Assembly (NCBI GenBank): GCA_964016885.1
Contig: OZ024743.1
Span: 35,898,001-35,962,000, forward strand
DNA length: 64,000 nt
Direction of reading: 5' to 3'
From: Eledone cirrhosa
Lineage: Eukaryota
The notes beneath the pieces are model-generated. The model saw only the letters and a program-made list of their open reading frames with translations, did no database searches and was not told the DNA's origin. A program made the translations under genes and the position numbers. This document shows, in pieces, positions 38,940 to 52,115 of this stretch (the first letter of the stretch is position 1; each line of letters begins with the position of its first letter).

Positions 38940-39116
38940 TGTTTCTACTTTTGGCACAAGGCCAGCAATTATCCCAGTACATTACTGGTACTTTATTTTA
39001 TCGACACCGTAAGGATGAAAGGCAAAGTTAACCTCGGCGGGATTTGAACTCAGACCGTAAAGCGCCGTAACTCTATGCTGCTAAGCATGGCGTCCGACCC
39101 TCTACCGATACTGCCA
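38940..39116 (-). mobile_element. Octopod-type SINE with perfect 13-bp TSD
   Basis: aaggaaatataac at 38927-38939 and 39117-39129. Confidence 0.9.
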
Positions 39117-39282
39117 AAGGAAATATAACAAAGAAAATATATGTGAGAAAATATTAAACGAATGGGAAGTAGATACAGATATAGGTTTCTGTTTCGATCT
39201 CTCCCTCTCTCTATTTTCCTGTTGTTTTTTTTTTTTTTATTTTTTTAAAATTTTTTAGATAGATGCATATAGATGAAGTGTC

Positions 39283-39373
<91 letters not shown>

Positions 39374-39559
39374 CGTTGTTGCTGTTGTCGTTGTTGTTGT
39401 TGTTGTTGTTATTATTGTTGTTGTTATTGTTGTTGTTTCTCTATGACTTAAACCGAGATGAGAAAATTAAAGATGTAGAAATCAAGACTGGACGATGACG
39501 ACATCAGAGATGATAAAACGGAGGGGAGGGGGGGGGGGTAATATTGTTGATAGTTGGTA

Positions 39560-40800
39560 CGATGACGATGATGATGATGATGATAATAGTGATGATATTG
39601 ATGATGATGATGATGATGATTAAGATGATTATTAATATTATTATTACTATTAAGATGATGATGGTGATGGTGATGATATTGGTGATAGTGATGTGGTTGA
39701 TGATGGTGATGATGTTGGGGATGGCGATCATGTTGGTGATGGTGATGATGTTGTTCATGGTGATGATGATGTTGGTGATGGTGTTGGTGATGGTGATGAT
39801 GTTGGTGATGGTGATGGTGTTGGTGATGGTGATGGTGTTGGTGATGGTGTTGTTGATGATGGTGATGTTGTTGGTGATGGTGATGATGATGTTGGTGATG
39901 GTGATGGTGTTGGTAGTGGCAGTGGTGACAGTGGTGGTTGTGATGATGATGTTGGTGAAGCGGTGGTGGTGATGGAGGTGATGGTAGTGGTGGTGGTTGT
40001 GGTGAGAGTGGTAGTGGTGATTCTGATGGTAGTGGAGGTGAGAGTGGTGGTGGTGACAGTGGTGGTGGTGACAGTGGTAGTGGTCATGGTGGTGATGGTG
40101 GTGGGTGGTGGTGCCAATGGTGGTGCCAGTGGTGGTGGTGCCAGTGGTGGTGCCAGTGGTGGTGGTGCCAGTGGTGGTGCCAGTGGTGGTGGTGCCAGTG
40201 GTGGTGGTGCCAGTGGTGGTGGTGCCAGTGGTGGTGGTGCCAGTGGTGGTGGTGCCAGTGGTGGTGGTGCCAGTGGTGGTGGTGCCAGTGGTGGTGGTGC
40301 CAGTGGTGGTGGTGCCAGTGGTGGTGGTGCCAGTGGTGGTGGTGCCAGTGGTGGTGCCAGTGGTGGTGGTGCCAGTGGTGGTGGTGCCAGTGGTGGTGGT
40401 GCCAGTGGTGGTGCCAGTGGTGGTGCCAGTGGTGGTGGTGCCAGTGGTGGTGCCAGTGGTGGTGGTGCCAGTGGTGGTGGTGCCAGTGGTGGTGGTGCCA
40501 GTGGTGGTGGTGCCAGTGGTGGTGGTGCCAGTGGTGGTGGTGCCAGTGGTGGTGCCAGTGGTGGTGGTGCCAGTGGTGGTGGTGCCAGTGGTGGTGGTGC
40601 CAGTGGTGGTGCCAGTGGTGGTGGTGCCAGTGGTGGTGCCAGTGGTGGTGGTGCCAGTGGTGGTGCCAGTGGTGGTGGTGCCAGTGGTGGTGCCAGTGGT
40701 GGTGGTGCCAGTGGTGGTGCCAGTGGTGGTGGTGCCAGTGGTGGTGGTGCCAGTGGTGGTGGTGCCAGTGGTGGTGCCAGTGGTGGTGCCAGTGGTGGTA
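39560..40800. repeat. (GAT/GGT) tract grading into a 12/15-bp minisatellite GGTGCCAGTGGT(GGT) at 40105-40800
   Basis: Direct reading. Confidence 0.95.
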
Positions 40801-41031
40801 CAACCATTATAATGGTAGAGATGAAGGCAGCTACAACGATGTACATTAACTGTTATCTCTATTTTTATAAAGTGTTTTCCTATTTTTTTATATATTTTCC
40901 TTATTTTCTTTTTAATAAACCCATCTTTGCTTTTCATCATCTTCGTCATTATAATCCCCCTCCTCCCTTTCCTCCTCCTTCTCTCCCTCCTCCCTCTCTC
41001 TCTCTATATATAATGTTCATTATCAACCTTG

Positions 41032-41042
41032 TAGTTGTTGTT

Positions 41043-41075
<33 letters not shown>

Positions 41076-41325
41076 CTTCTTCTTCTTCTTCTTCTTCTTC
41101 TTCTTCTTCTTCTTTCCTCTTCTTCTTCTTCCTCTTCTCCCCCTTCTTCTTCTTCTTTTTCTTCTTCTTCTTCTTCTTCTTTTTCTTCTTCTTCTTTTTT
41201 TCTTTTTCTTCTTTTTCTTTTTCTTTCTTCTTCTTCTTCTTCTTCTTCTTCTTCTTCTTCTTCTTCTTCTTCTTCTTCTTCTTCTTCTTCTTCTTCTTCT
41301 TCTTCTTCTTCTTCTTCTTCTTTCT
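41032..41325. repeat. (GTT)n-(CTT)n microsatellite
   Basis: Direct reading. Confidence 0.95.
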
Positions 41326-41654
41326 CCAAATGAGTATCTTTTTTCGAAGAAATATAACTTCAAAAGAATACATTATCTTTAAAAAACATTGGAAGATGAC
41401 TTTAGAAGGAAAACACCCGTACATGTACTCATACAAACATATTATACACACACATGTATGTATATGTGTGTATGTATGTATGTATATGTGTGTATGTATG
41501 TATGTATGTATGTATGTATGTATGTATGTATGTATGTATGTATGTATGTATGCGTGTATGTATGTATGTATGTATGTGTGTATGTATGTATGTATGTATG
41601 TATGTATATGTGTGTATGTATGTATATGTGTGTATGTATGTATATGTGTGTATG

Positions 41655-41700
<46 letters not shown>

Positions 41701-41793
41701 CAGACAAATGCATAAATTATTATTTGCATTCGCATACGTACATGAGCATATATTACATATAGATAGGCACGCACGCATACATAAACCTACAAT

Positions 41794-41831
<38 letters not shown>

Positions 41832-41842
41832 TATATGTATGC

Positions 41843-41923
<81 letters not shown>

Positions 41924-41943
41924 GTTTTTCGAATATTAATAAT

Positions 41944-42116
41944 TGTTTCTACTTTAGGCACAAGGCCAGCAAATACCAGTACATTACTGGTACTTTATTT
42001 TATCGACCCCGTAAGGATGAAAGGCAAAGTTAACCTCGACGGGATTTGAACTCAGAATGTAAAGGGACGTAATTATGCTAGAAAGCATGGCGTCCAACCC
42101 TCTACCGATACTGCCA
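41944..42116 (-). mobile_element. Octopod-type SINE with 9-bp TSD
   Basis: attaataat at 41935-41943 and 42117-42125. Confidence 0.9.
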
Positions 42117-42228
42117 ATTAATAATAACATTCGATTCGTTTGCAATTATGCAAACAAGCCTCATTTTTATAGCCATGTCAGTAGAATGAACCCTTCATTC
42201 TTGCTCTTGTGTTGGCATGTAAACAGAA

Positions 42229-42272
42229 CTGCAGACACTAATGTTTCTGGGTATCACCCTTCGTCAGTACAG
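42229..42272 (-). ncRNA. Type I hammerhead ribozyme
   Basis: CTGTA-CTGACGA-A GGGT GAT ACCC A-GAAA-CA TTAG TG-TC-TGCAG. Confidence 0.78.
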
Positions 42273-42562
42273 CTCACTGTTCATCTGCCAACTGTCAGAG
42301 CTAGTGAAAATATATGCTATTTTCTAAAATATACAGTGACTTATCGGCCTTATTTGCATATAGGCAGACTGGCTGCTAATACAGGAAACTGACTGGCCAG
42401 TCTGCTGATATGCAAATCTGGCTGATCAGTGGATCAGCAAATATGCAGATCTGACTGAGCCGCCAGTCTGCTAATATGCAAATAAGGCCGATCAGTCACT
42501 GTATATTTTAGAAAATAGCATATATTTTCACTAACTCTGACAGTTGGCAGATGAACAGTGAG

Positions 42563-42606
42563 CTGTACTGATGAAGGGTGATACCCAGAAACATTAGTGT
42601 CTGCAG
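42563..42606 (+). ncRNA. Type I hammerhead ribozyme
   Basis: CTGTA-CTGATGA-A GGGT GAT ACCC A-GAAA-CA TTAG TG-TC-TGCAG. Confidence 0.78.
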
Positions 42607-42760
42607 GTCTGTCCACATGCCAACACAAGAACAAGAATGAAGGGTTTATTCTACTGACATGGCTATAAAAATGAGGCTTGTTTGCATAATTGCAAACGAA
42701 TCAAATGTTATTATTAATATTCGAAAAACTCGGATTACATTTATGTATATATGTATATAC

Positions 42761-42792
<32 letters not shown>

Positions 42793-43230
42793 TTTAGTAA
42801 GTAAGTTGATTTTTAATTTTTAAAATTTTCTTATTTTACGTCTTTCATATAATTGTTCTGCATTCACCTGCATAGAACCACATAGGTACTAAGACATAAC
42901 TTATATATTTGCTAGCATGAGTGTACATCTGTACACATATGTTGGTAGATGTACTAATTCTCTATATTTATCTCCAAATTATTTGTTGAGCAAAACTGGC
43001 CAAAATTTACTGCTGTTTCATGGTAGTAGTAGGCTCTTGTCATAATACCACCCCGCTCCTAACTGATTAACCTCGGTGTCACGTGATTGATTCTTTAGAA
43101 TCTGCCACTGACCAGAGGCAGTGAAATTTTTCCAGTGCTCCGGAACCTAGTCCTCGCTAGCTTCATTCCATCTACTGAATTATTATTTTTATATGGGTTC
43201 CTAGTGTCCGCGCATTGCCTGGGAACTTAG

Positions 43231-43720
43231 CTGGTACAAACACTACACTTGTGACAATTATTGACACATAGTGCTGGGCCCATCGTACCATGTGACGACA
43301 AGTGCAGAGAGATCTCCAGATATAAAGCAATGCCTGTGCCGTGAAGCTTTTATAGTGAGCAAAGGCACTGCACAAAGCCAGCCCCACTCTCTTAACCAAG
43401 ATGATATTTACCAAAAAGAAGAACAAGTCAACATCATTGGATACCATCAGGGTTGCAGGTGTTATATCAGAGTTTTCCTTCTCCTAGAATTCTGCCTTGA
43501 CAAAGGCTAAGGGGTCATCTCTCCCGGTGATTTTGGATGGCTATTGACTCTAAAGAGCTCCTTTTCCCTTTGACAGGTTTTGTTTTTAGTCCTGCAGGAT
43601 GTCCAAAGTCACCCTCCTCACCAAGAAAACGTGGTGGGGTTGCCAGTTTAGTCGCCAACGACCCGACCATTAGACAAGTTGTACTGGAATACATGTTACC
43701 AGTAGCACCAACTGGTGACC
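43231..43720 (-). mobile_element. Family F copy, 5'-complete and 3'-truncated
   Basis: Matches 23486-23974. Confidence 0.88.
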
Positions 43721-43724
43721 TGAC

Positions 43725-43755
<31 letters not shown>

Positions 43756-44191
43756 GATATATATATAATTGATATATAAGAAATATAGTTTTCATTTGTT
43801 CTGTATATATGTATGTATGATGTATATGTGTATCTATGTAAGAATACATGTATGTATGATGTATGTATGTATGTATGTATGTATGTATGTATGTATGTAT
43901 GTATGTATGTATGTATGTATGTATGTATGTACACACACACACATATATATATATATGTGTGTACATACATACATACATACATACATACATACATACATAC
44001 ATACATACATACATACATACATACATACATCATACATGTATTCTTACATATATACACACATACATCATACATATATACAGAACAAATGAAAACTATATTA
44101 CTTATATATCAATTACTTATATATCAGAGAGAATCAGCGGGGGAGTAAGAGAGGGTGAGAGAGAGAAGCAGCGATAAAGAAGAAGATGCTG

Positions 44192-44291
<100 letters not shown>

Positions 44292-44706
44292 AGGAGGAGT
44301 AAAAGAGGATGAGAGAGTAAGAGTGAGAGTATGAGAGAGAGAAAGAAGGAGCGATAAAGAAAGAGAGGCAGAAGAGAGAGGAGGAAAGAGAGTAAGAAAA
44401 AGAGCGAGAGAGAGTGAGAGAGAGAAAGAGAGAGAGAGTGAGAGAAAGTTTGGAAGAAAGAGTGTGTGGGTGTGTAGAGGATTGGCTATGGTGGAAGAAG
44501 GGGGTATTAGGGGAACAACTTTGGTGAGGGTAGGTCTTGGTAATATGGCTTAGATTGTACTTGTTAACCTCACAAGAAATATTCAAAGCAAGTGTATGCA
44601 TAATTGCATGTATGTATGTATGTATGTATGTATGTATGTATGTATGTATGTATGTATGTATGTATGTATGTATGTATGTATGTATGTATGTATGTATGTA
44701 TGTATG

Positions 44707-44934
44707 TCACGGCACAGGCATTGCTTTATATCTGGAGATCTCTCTGCACTTGTCGTCACATGGTACCATGGGCCCAGCACTATGTGCCAATAATTGTCAC
44801 AAGTGTAGTGTTTGTACCAGAGTTTTCAAGTCGCTGGCTGGACTAAAAATTCACACTCGTTCAGCGCATCGGTAGGGGTTCTCCTACATGGATATAAAGT
44901 AGTGGCCGTACTCGAAAACGAGTTGGCAGCCACC

Positions 44935-44937
<3 letters not shown>
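44707..44937 (+). mobile_element. Family F 3' fragment
   Basis: Matches 16855-17085. Confidence 0.88.
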
Positions 44938-45010
<73 letters not shown>

Positions 45011-45014
<4 letters not shown>

Positions 45015-47335
45015 CTTTGAAATGTTTTGGCCAGTATTGGCCCAGGCCATGTCTAACTTAATAGCACCACCTGGCGAAGTCTTTCAATTCAGGATTTGGG
45101 CACCATGGCCCATTCGAGAAGAGAATTACTGTTTGCGGAGACATATCCGGGTGTGGGTGGTTTGTCCGGGATTACTTGGAGGAATTTGTCCAAAGACTTC
45201 TTGAATTTTGTGTGGTCAGTTTCTGTTTTGACGTGTCCTGGTGTGATGTTGAAGAGAGCAGGGCCGATTGAGGTGAAATAATTGTGCCGTATTGTTGTTA
45301 TGAGTTGCGATTTAGATTTTTGAATGGGACGGATAGCACAGGGCCCAAGCCTTGGGTGTATCTTGAAGGCGATGCCAACATCATTTGGGCAGTGATGATG
45401 GAACATTTTCCACATCATGCAGATAATATAACGCTCACGGCGACATTGGAGTGAGTAAAGTTTCAGGTTTTCTAATCGACCCCAGTAGTCAAGGTCTGAC
45501 ATGCCATCTATCTTTTTCGTGATTGCCCTTTGAGGAGCTTCAAGTTTCATGATACTTTGTTTCGTGTGGGGAGACCACAGTGGACAACAGTATTCAAGGT
45601 GTGGTCGGGCGAAAGTAGAGAAGAGAAGGATAATGGTGCGGGAATCTCTCGACTGGAAGGTTCTGAGGATCCAGGAACACATTCTGCGGGCCATGTCAAC
45701 TTTGCTGCTTATATGCGTGGTCCAGCTTATGTTGCTGTCCACGGTTACTCCCAAGTCTCTGATGTTGTTAGATGCCACGAGAGTTTCCCCGGAGGGAAGG
45801 GAGTACGGGAGTTTCAGAGCATCCTCTTTTCCAAAGTGGATCAGTTCGAATTTGTCTTCGTTCAGTAACATGTTGTTCTTTTCTGCCCATTGGGTAACAG
45901 CCAGTAGGTCTGACTGAAGGCTTATCCGGTCATCCACGCCATTGATGACCTTTTGGAGCTTGGAATCATCAGCGAAAATTTTAATGTTGCTGTGTTTGAT
46001 GATGTCAGTGATGTCATTAATATAGATGATGAAGAGAAGTGGGCCCAACACAGTGCCTTGTGGGACTCCACTACTGACTTTGGCTGGGCTTGATTTGACT
46101 CCCTCAACTACAACATGTTGGGTTCTGTTTGACAGGAAGCTCTTGATCCACTGCAGCAGCTTTCCAGTGACACCAATATTGGACAGCTTTCTCAGTAGAA
46201 TGTTATGATCAACCCTGTCAAAGGCCTTGCTGAAATCAAGGTAGATAACATCAGTGTTGGAACCCTCTCCCAAGGCTCTCAAAATGTCATCAAAGTGATG
46301 CAGTAGCTGCGTCAGGCAATCCCTTCCATTACGGAATCCATGCTGGTTGGAGTTCAGCATATTGTTACTCTCAAGGAAGTGGGTCATTCGCGATCTCACC
46401 ACTCTCTCAAATACCTTAATGATATGAGAGGTGAGTGAGATTGGACGGTAATTCACGGCAAGGGATTTGTTTCCCTTTTTGAAAACTGGGACAACAGACT
46501 GGGATAGAAGGTTTTCTGGCACATATCCAGCATCCAGTGAGTTCCGCCACAGATTGGCAAGAGGAGATGCAAGTTGGTGTTGACACGCCTTCAAGACACA
46601 AGCAGGGAACCTATCGGGACCTACTGCTGAATTATGCTTGATTTCCTTTATTGCCGCCAAGACATCAGGGGCGCCAAACGTTATGTCCGATAAGGTGTAA
46701 TGGGGAGCAACATCGCCGATACAGCCCAGATCGGCCATATCAGGATTGCTGAAAACAGAGCAGTATTGTTTCTGCAGTATCTCACCCATGGTTTTAGCAT
46801 TGTCTTGAAGAGTGCCATTTTCATCAATTAGAGGGCCAACAGTAGAGCCAGTGATTTTGTGTTTTTTTGCAAATGAAAAGAACACTTTGGGATTGAGTTT
46901 GATCTTCTCAATGGCCCAGGCCTCTTCAGCTCTTCTCTGATTGTTGATGAGGGACATTATGTTGTTTTGGAGGTTATGTTTTTTAATCTCTAGTGATGAA
47001 ATGGCAGTCAAGTTGATGTGTTGCTGCTGACAGTATTTCAGCTTGTTGATTTTTTTGTTCGTTCTCTTAATTTTTCTGATGAGCGTTTTTCTATTTCTAG
47101 GGATTCTGCTCTTAGATTTGTTTATAGTTCTTAATGGGGTGTGTTTAGCACATATGTTTGTAACAGTGTCCACAAATGTCTGCCAGGACTTTTTGATGTT
47201 AGTGGGTGTATGAGTGTGCGTGAAGGACCAATCGACATGTGCAAGATCATGACTGATCGCTTCCCAGTTTGCATTGTGGAAATCCATAGCTTCAAACGGA
47301 TGGACAGGAGAGATGACATTGGGTTTGTATATTGG

Positions 47336-47336
<1 letters not shown>
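45011..47336 (-). mobile_element. CR1-group LINE, 5'-truncated (RT frame open 45089-47336)
   Basis: [44 protein letters not shown]; nearly identical to 60217-62546; (TA)n on both sides. Confidence 0.95.
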
Positions 47337-47373
<37 letters not shown>

Positions 47374-47418
47374 AAGTATGCAAGTATGTATGTATGTGCC
47401 TGTATGGATGTACTTATG

Positions 47419-47450
<32 letters not shown>

Positions 47451-47564
47451 TATATATGTATACACACACACACACACACACACACATATATGTATATATA
47501 TATCTATATCTATATATATATGTATATATATGTAGATATATATGTATATATATATATATATATA

Positions 47565-47729
47565 TCACAGAAAAAAGAGAATCAGTGTTGCGACGAAAGG
47601 AATTTATTGGACATATTACAAATGTTTCTCGGGCAACCAGCTCGAGGCACGATCGATATAGTGATCACACCTGACTGTGAAATCAACACGGTCGTCAGAT
47701 ACGTCTCGATTCTACGAAGCAGATTTTCC

Positions 47730-47732
<3 letters not shown>
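47565..47732 (-). mobile_element. Family C pLTR with HHR-like motif at 47610-47705
   Basis: GACGTAT-CTGACGA-(~63 nt)-GAAA-CATTTG-TA-ATATGTC; homologous to 2430-2653. Confidence 0.7.
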
Positions 47733-47777
<45 letters not shown>

Positions 47778-47787
47778 TATATATATA

Positions 47788-48162
47788 AGAAAGGAATTGT
47801 GGTAAGGAACCAGATGGACCATAACGCACCAGAGTACTCAATACTTAAGGTAGTAGAATGGGAAATAGGAAAAAGTATGACCCCAACGGCAGAGCTCAAG
47901 CCGTTTCGACGGCTATTTCTGGACTAAATTAGAATTTTTTGAACAAATTCTAATTTAGATGTGAGAAAAACCACAGACCCTCCATCTCAACTCTACTTTT
48001 GAAAAGCAGAAGAACTGCGAAACCGGTAAAGGAACCAAATAAATATATATATTTAAAAAAAAATAAAACTCCAGTTGCATTTTCGATTTCATCTTTTTTT
48101 CTTTATACTTTCACTCGTGTAGGACACCTCGGTTATTTTTCCTTTTGTAAAAAAACCCTCAC

Positions 48163-48218
<56 letters not shown>

Positions 48219-48405
48219 CGAAGGAAATGTGGTAAGGAACCAGGTGGACCATAACGCACCAAAGTACTCAATACTTAGGGTAGTAGAGTGGGTAATAGGA
48301 ACGAGTAGGACCCCGACGGCTGAGCTCAAGCCGTTTCGACGGCTCATTTAGTCCAGAATTAGCCGTCGAAACGGTTTGAGCTCAGCCGTCGGGGTCCTAC
48401 TCGTT

Positions 48406-48408
<3 letters not shown>
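47788..48408. mobile_element. Three family A pLTR pieces (47788-47925 and 48217-48345 minus; 48349-48408 plus)
   Basis: Sequence identity to the other family A copies. Confidence 0.8.
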
Positions 48409-48461
<53 letters not shown>

Positions 48462-48732
48462 CATATATATACAAAACAAAACAACCAAGACTCTTAATTG
48501 TATATTTAATTGACTGACATGTTTCGCCAAGCTACACAAGAATGTGTAATATGTTATTGTAAGCCGGCTCGTTAGGATCTATAAAAGAATTAAATTAACA
48601 TTAACAAGACATTATTTTCTGTTGTGCATATTAGTGATCAGTATCGACCGGTGTATATATGTTATGATGACCCACCCATGACAGAGGAAACCGAATAGTC
48701 ATCGTCGAAACCGATGGAGGATTTACCATCAA

Positions 48733-49152
48733 ATAATTGTTTCTATTTTTGGCACAATGCCAGCAATTTTGGGGGAGGGAAACGTCGATTAAATCGAACC
48801 CAGTGCGTGACTGGAACTTTATTTTATCGACTCCGTAAGGATGAAAGGTAAAGTTAATCTCGGCAGGATTTGAACTCAGATTATAAAGGGCCGTCACTCT
48901 ATGCTGCAAAGCATGTCCGACCTTCTACTGATACTCCCTTAGATAAAATTTAGAGAAATATAATTGTTTCTACTTTTGGCACAAGGCCAGCAATTATTCC
49001 AGTGTATTACTGATACTTTATTTTATCGACCTCGTAAGGATGAAAGGCAAAGTTAACCTCAGGAGGATTTGAACTCAAATCATAAAGGGCCGTCACTTTA
49101 TGCTGCAAAGCATGGCGTCCGACCCTCTACTGATACTGCCAATCCACCAACC
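48733..49152 (-). mobile_element. Two tandem octopod-type SINEs (48733-48935, 48960-49152)
   Basis: SINE motifs; ccttagataa.atttaga flanks the second copy on both sides. Confidence 0.85.
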
Positions 49153-50433
49153 TTAGATAACATTTAGATAAAAATAATGATCCTTCAATGTGACCAACGA
49201 TTACTACGCATGAACAAAGAATGTGACATGGATGACAGCTAGGCGAGGAGCATATCACTACCGAATATAAGCCGGCACACAGAGTGGGCATTGCATTTAA
49301 CTCGGATCGAATGTCCAGTGTTAGAACGATTACAAAGCCTTATATACATATAATATTCTTCTATAAATGAGCTCTGGAATGGTTTCTTTCGAATCTTACT
49401 TCCATTAAGCTTTTATAGAACAACGAAATCGAAATGCTTTTATTTCGATGTATTTTCGATATACCGCTCCCATATTTATGGTGAGTTGCTCTATTTGTAT
49501 GAGTTGATGAGCTATGTCTAGTTCTTTCATCAATCATGTTACTGTCCATATGACGCCAGAAGAGCATATGTAGATAGCTTTCATTCCAGTGTGGTGTCAT
49601 GTGTTGATATTGGTACGGCAACGAGTCAGTTATTTAACTGGTCTCCTCATGGGCAAATTATATTTTGTGGTACTAGTTCAAAGACTGAAGAGAATCTCTG
49701 TCTTGAAGTCCATTAGTTCTACCTTGGTAATATCAACCATGGTAGTTTGTGGATGTTTTTCTTTGAGACTTGAAACAGCTGTATAAGATTACTGTAGGTA
49801 TAATAAGTAATGTAAGTAATATTTTTCTATATTCTGATTGCTTTTGTACCTGTCATATGTATTACATTACATAATTATTTTCTTTTCTGTAATATTCTTG
49901 ATTAAGAGAGATCTGGAACGGGTTTTTTCGAATCTTAGTTCCATTGAGCTTTTACAGAACAACGAAATCAGATACAAGTGTAAATGTATGTATTACTATA
50001 TCTATATCGAAAGAGAAGCGCAATCAACATATGACGTGGAAGTTGAGTATTTATATTAACAGTTTGACTTAACTCGGGACTACCAGTAGTTTCATGAGGT
50101 CCATTTCAGAGATGTAAAACAAGACGGAGAATATAATTTGGGGTCTTGTGCATCGTCTGGCTCAGGTCACGTGATATATATCTATATTTAGATATCTAGA
50201 TAAGTACATATATTAGTCGATATGTATATAAATTCAGCGATAATGCCTGTTGTCTATATGAATATAGTAACAGAATATCCAAAACTAAAAACAATAAAAC
50301 AGTGAAGAAGAGTACAACATATATAATTACACTGCGAAAGATAGAATAGAGAAGACGTTAACGTTTCGTATTGTGGACCTTTGTCAAGAATAGAAAAAAT
50401 AGAAAGTATGGTGGGCGAAAAGCATTGTTGTTT

Positions 50434-50612
50434 ATAACTGTTTCTACTTTTGGCACAAGGACAGCAATTACCCAGTGCATTATTGGTACTTTATTTTATC
50501 GACCCCGTAAGGATGAAAGGCAAAGTTAACCTCGGCGGATTTGAACTCAGACCGTAAATGGACGTAACTATGCCGGAAAGCATGGCGTCCGACCCTCTAT
50601 CGATACTGCCAA
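50434..50612 (-). mobile_element. Octopod-type SINE
   Basis: Matches 38940-39116. Confidence 0.88.
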
Positions 50613-51542
50613 TTTACCGATAACGAAGGCAGTATAGCTATTGAAAAAACGGGTGAAGCGTGTGTCTGTAGAATGGTATTTAACATTGAAATGAGAGTGT
50701 GTGGTAGGGGATAAGATAATTAATCCCCAAAGCATAAAGGGGAGTAGGTAAACACTGCATTCCTCAACTGTTTCTGTATCTACTACAGTAGATTCCCTTA
50801 AGAGTAGGTAATCAGTAGCCTTTAAAATATTGAGACTGCTTAAAATATTTAAAGTGCTACGTAGTACCATTCAACTAAATACAGAGTTCAAATCTCACCA
50901 ACGTTGGCTAGGCTTTTGAATCGATAAAATATGTCTTACAAAAAATATGTCTAGTCAAAAGAAATCAATAGTAATTTCTCACATTAGTTCATTGGCACGG
51001 AGCCTCATGTTTTTATAGTAGGGTGTAGTCGATTGACTTAATCGGAATATTGCATTACTGGCACATGTTTTATCGACCAGAGGTGAATAAAACAATGACT
51101 CAACTCCTTCATCCTGGATATATATATATATATTTATTTATCTATTAAAACAACAAATTAAAGTAAATATTTGCTCTCGGGTTCTTATATATTTGATATA
51201 TATTTATCCTTATCGAGCTCTCTTTGGATTTTAGTCTTCACATTTCTTATTACTATTAATATATATATTAATAGTAATAAGAAGAGCTTACGTTGCAGTT
51301 TGTATAAAACAAAACCACTACAAAACACTTAGAGAACCACTCGTGGCAATGATTTGACCTCTATTTGACTCATTGAGCTCAGAAAGAATTTATTATGTAT
51401 ACAAACAGTACAGATTGGAACGGAAATAACAATGAAATAACACAATGTTCTTGTAATTTGGATACTGACACCGAATTGACTAATGATTCAGTGCCCTAGC
51501 AGCATCTATGTCTGTATCTGTCTGTCTCTTTCTCTCTCGCCC

Positions 51543-51613
<71 letters not shown>

Positions 51614-51695
51614 CACACAAGTATGAAGTGCTCATTCAGTGAATGCTTGAATGTTTTAAATACTACGGTATTTTAAGTACATATACTAATACATA

Positions 51696-51900
51696 CATGA
51701 TAGCTGCAAACTCTGCTAAGAGTACTGCAATCGCTTGTCAGATTATAGAGTTTGGTGTACTTTTAGGCTACGGCCAGCCACACGAACCTGGAACATATCC
51801 TGAACAAGCAATGCCTGTGCTTTGAAGGTTTTTTAAGTGGGGAAAGGCCTTGCACTCGACCAATCCCACTCTCTGAGCATCGAGAACGCTACTCCAAAAG
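51696..51900 (-). mobile_element. Old relative of family F
   Basis: aagcaatgcctgtgc..tgaagg.ttt..aaaggc..tgcac..cca.tcccactctc. Confidence 0.55.
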
Positions 51901-52115
51901 GATACATACATACATGATGATGATGGCTGCTCCCTCGTTATCGAGTATGGCCATTGCACGAGGAGAAAAAAAAAAATATTAATAAATAAATAAAAAATAA
52001 AATAAAATAAAAAAAAAGAAATATATATATATATACCCACATACATATACATATATACACATATATATATATACATACACACATATACATTAATAACAAT
52101 AATAATAATAATAAT

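Larger units (their letters stand above)
41923..42730. mobile_element. Fold-back pair of PLE pseudo-LTRs (~270-bp arms), left arm interrupted by a SINE
   Basis: 42117-42374 inverted against 42461-42719; agtttttcgaat (41923) inverted against attcgaaaaact (42719-42730); HHR in each arm. Confidence 0.85.

Noticed and set aside
39504-41333. Long Gly/Ala/Ser, Thr or His/Trp-rich ORFs (up to 546 aa) resembling structural proteins
   Set aside because: All frames are open only because the 3n-periodic repeat lacks stops; there is no signal peptide, unique domain or splice context
49361-49786. Possible host exon(s)
   Set aside because: Short ORFs with no recognisable domain; splice signals not convincing
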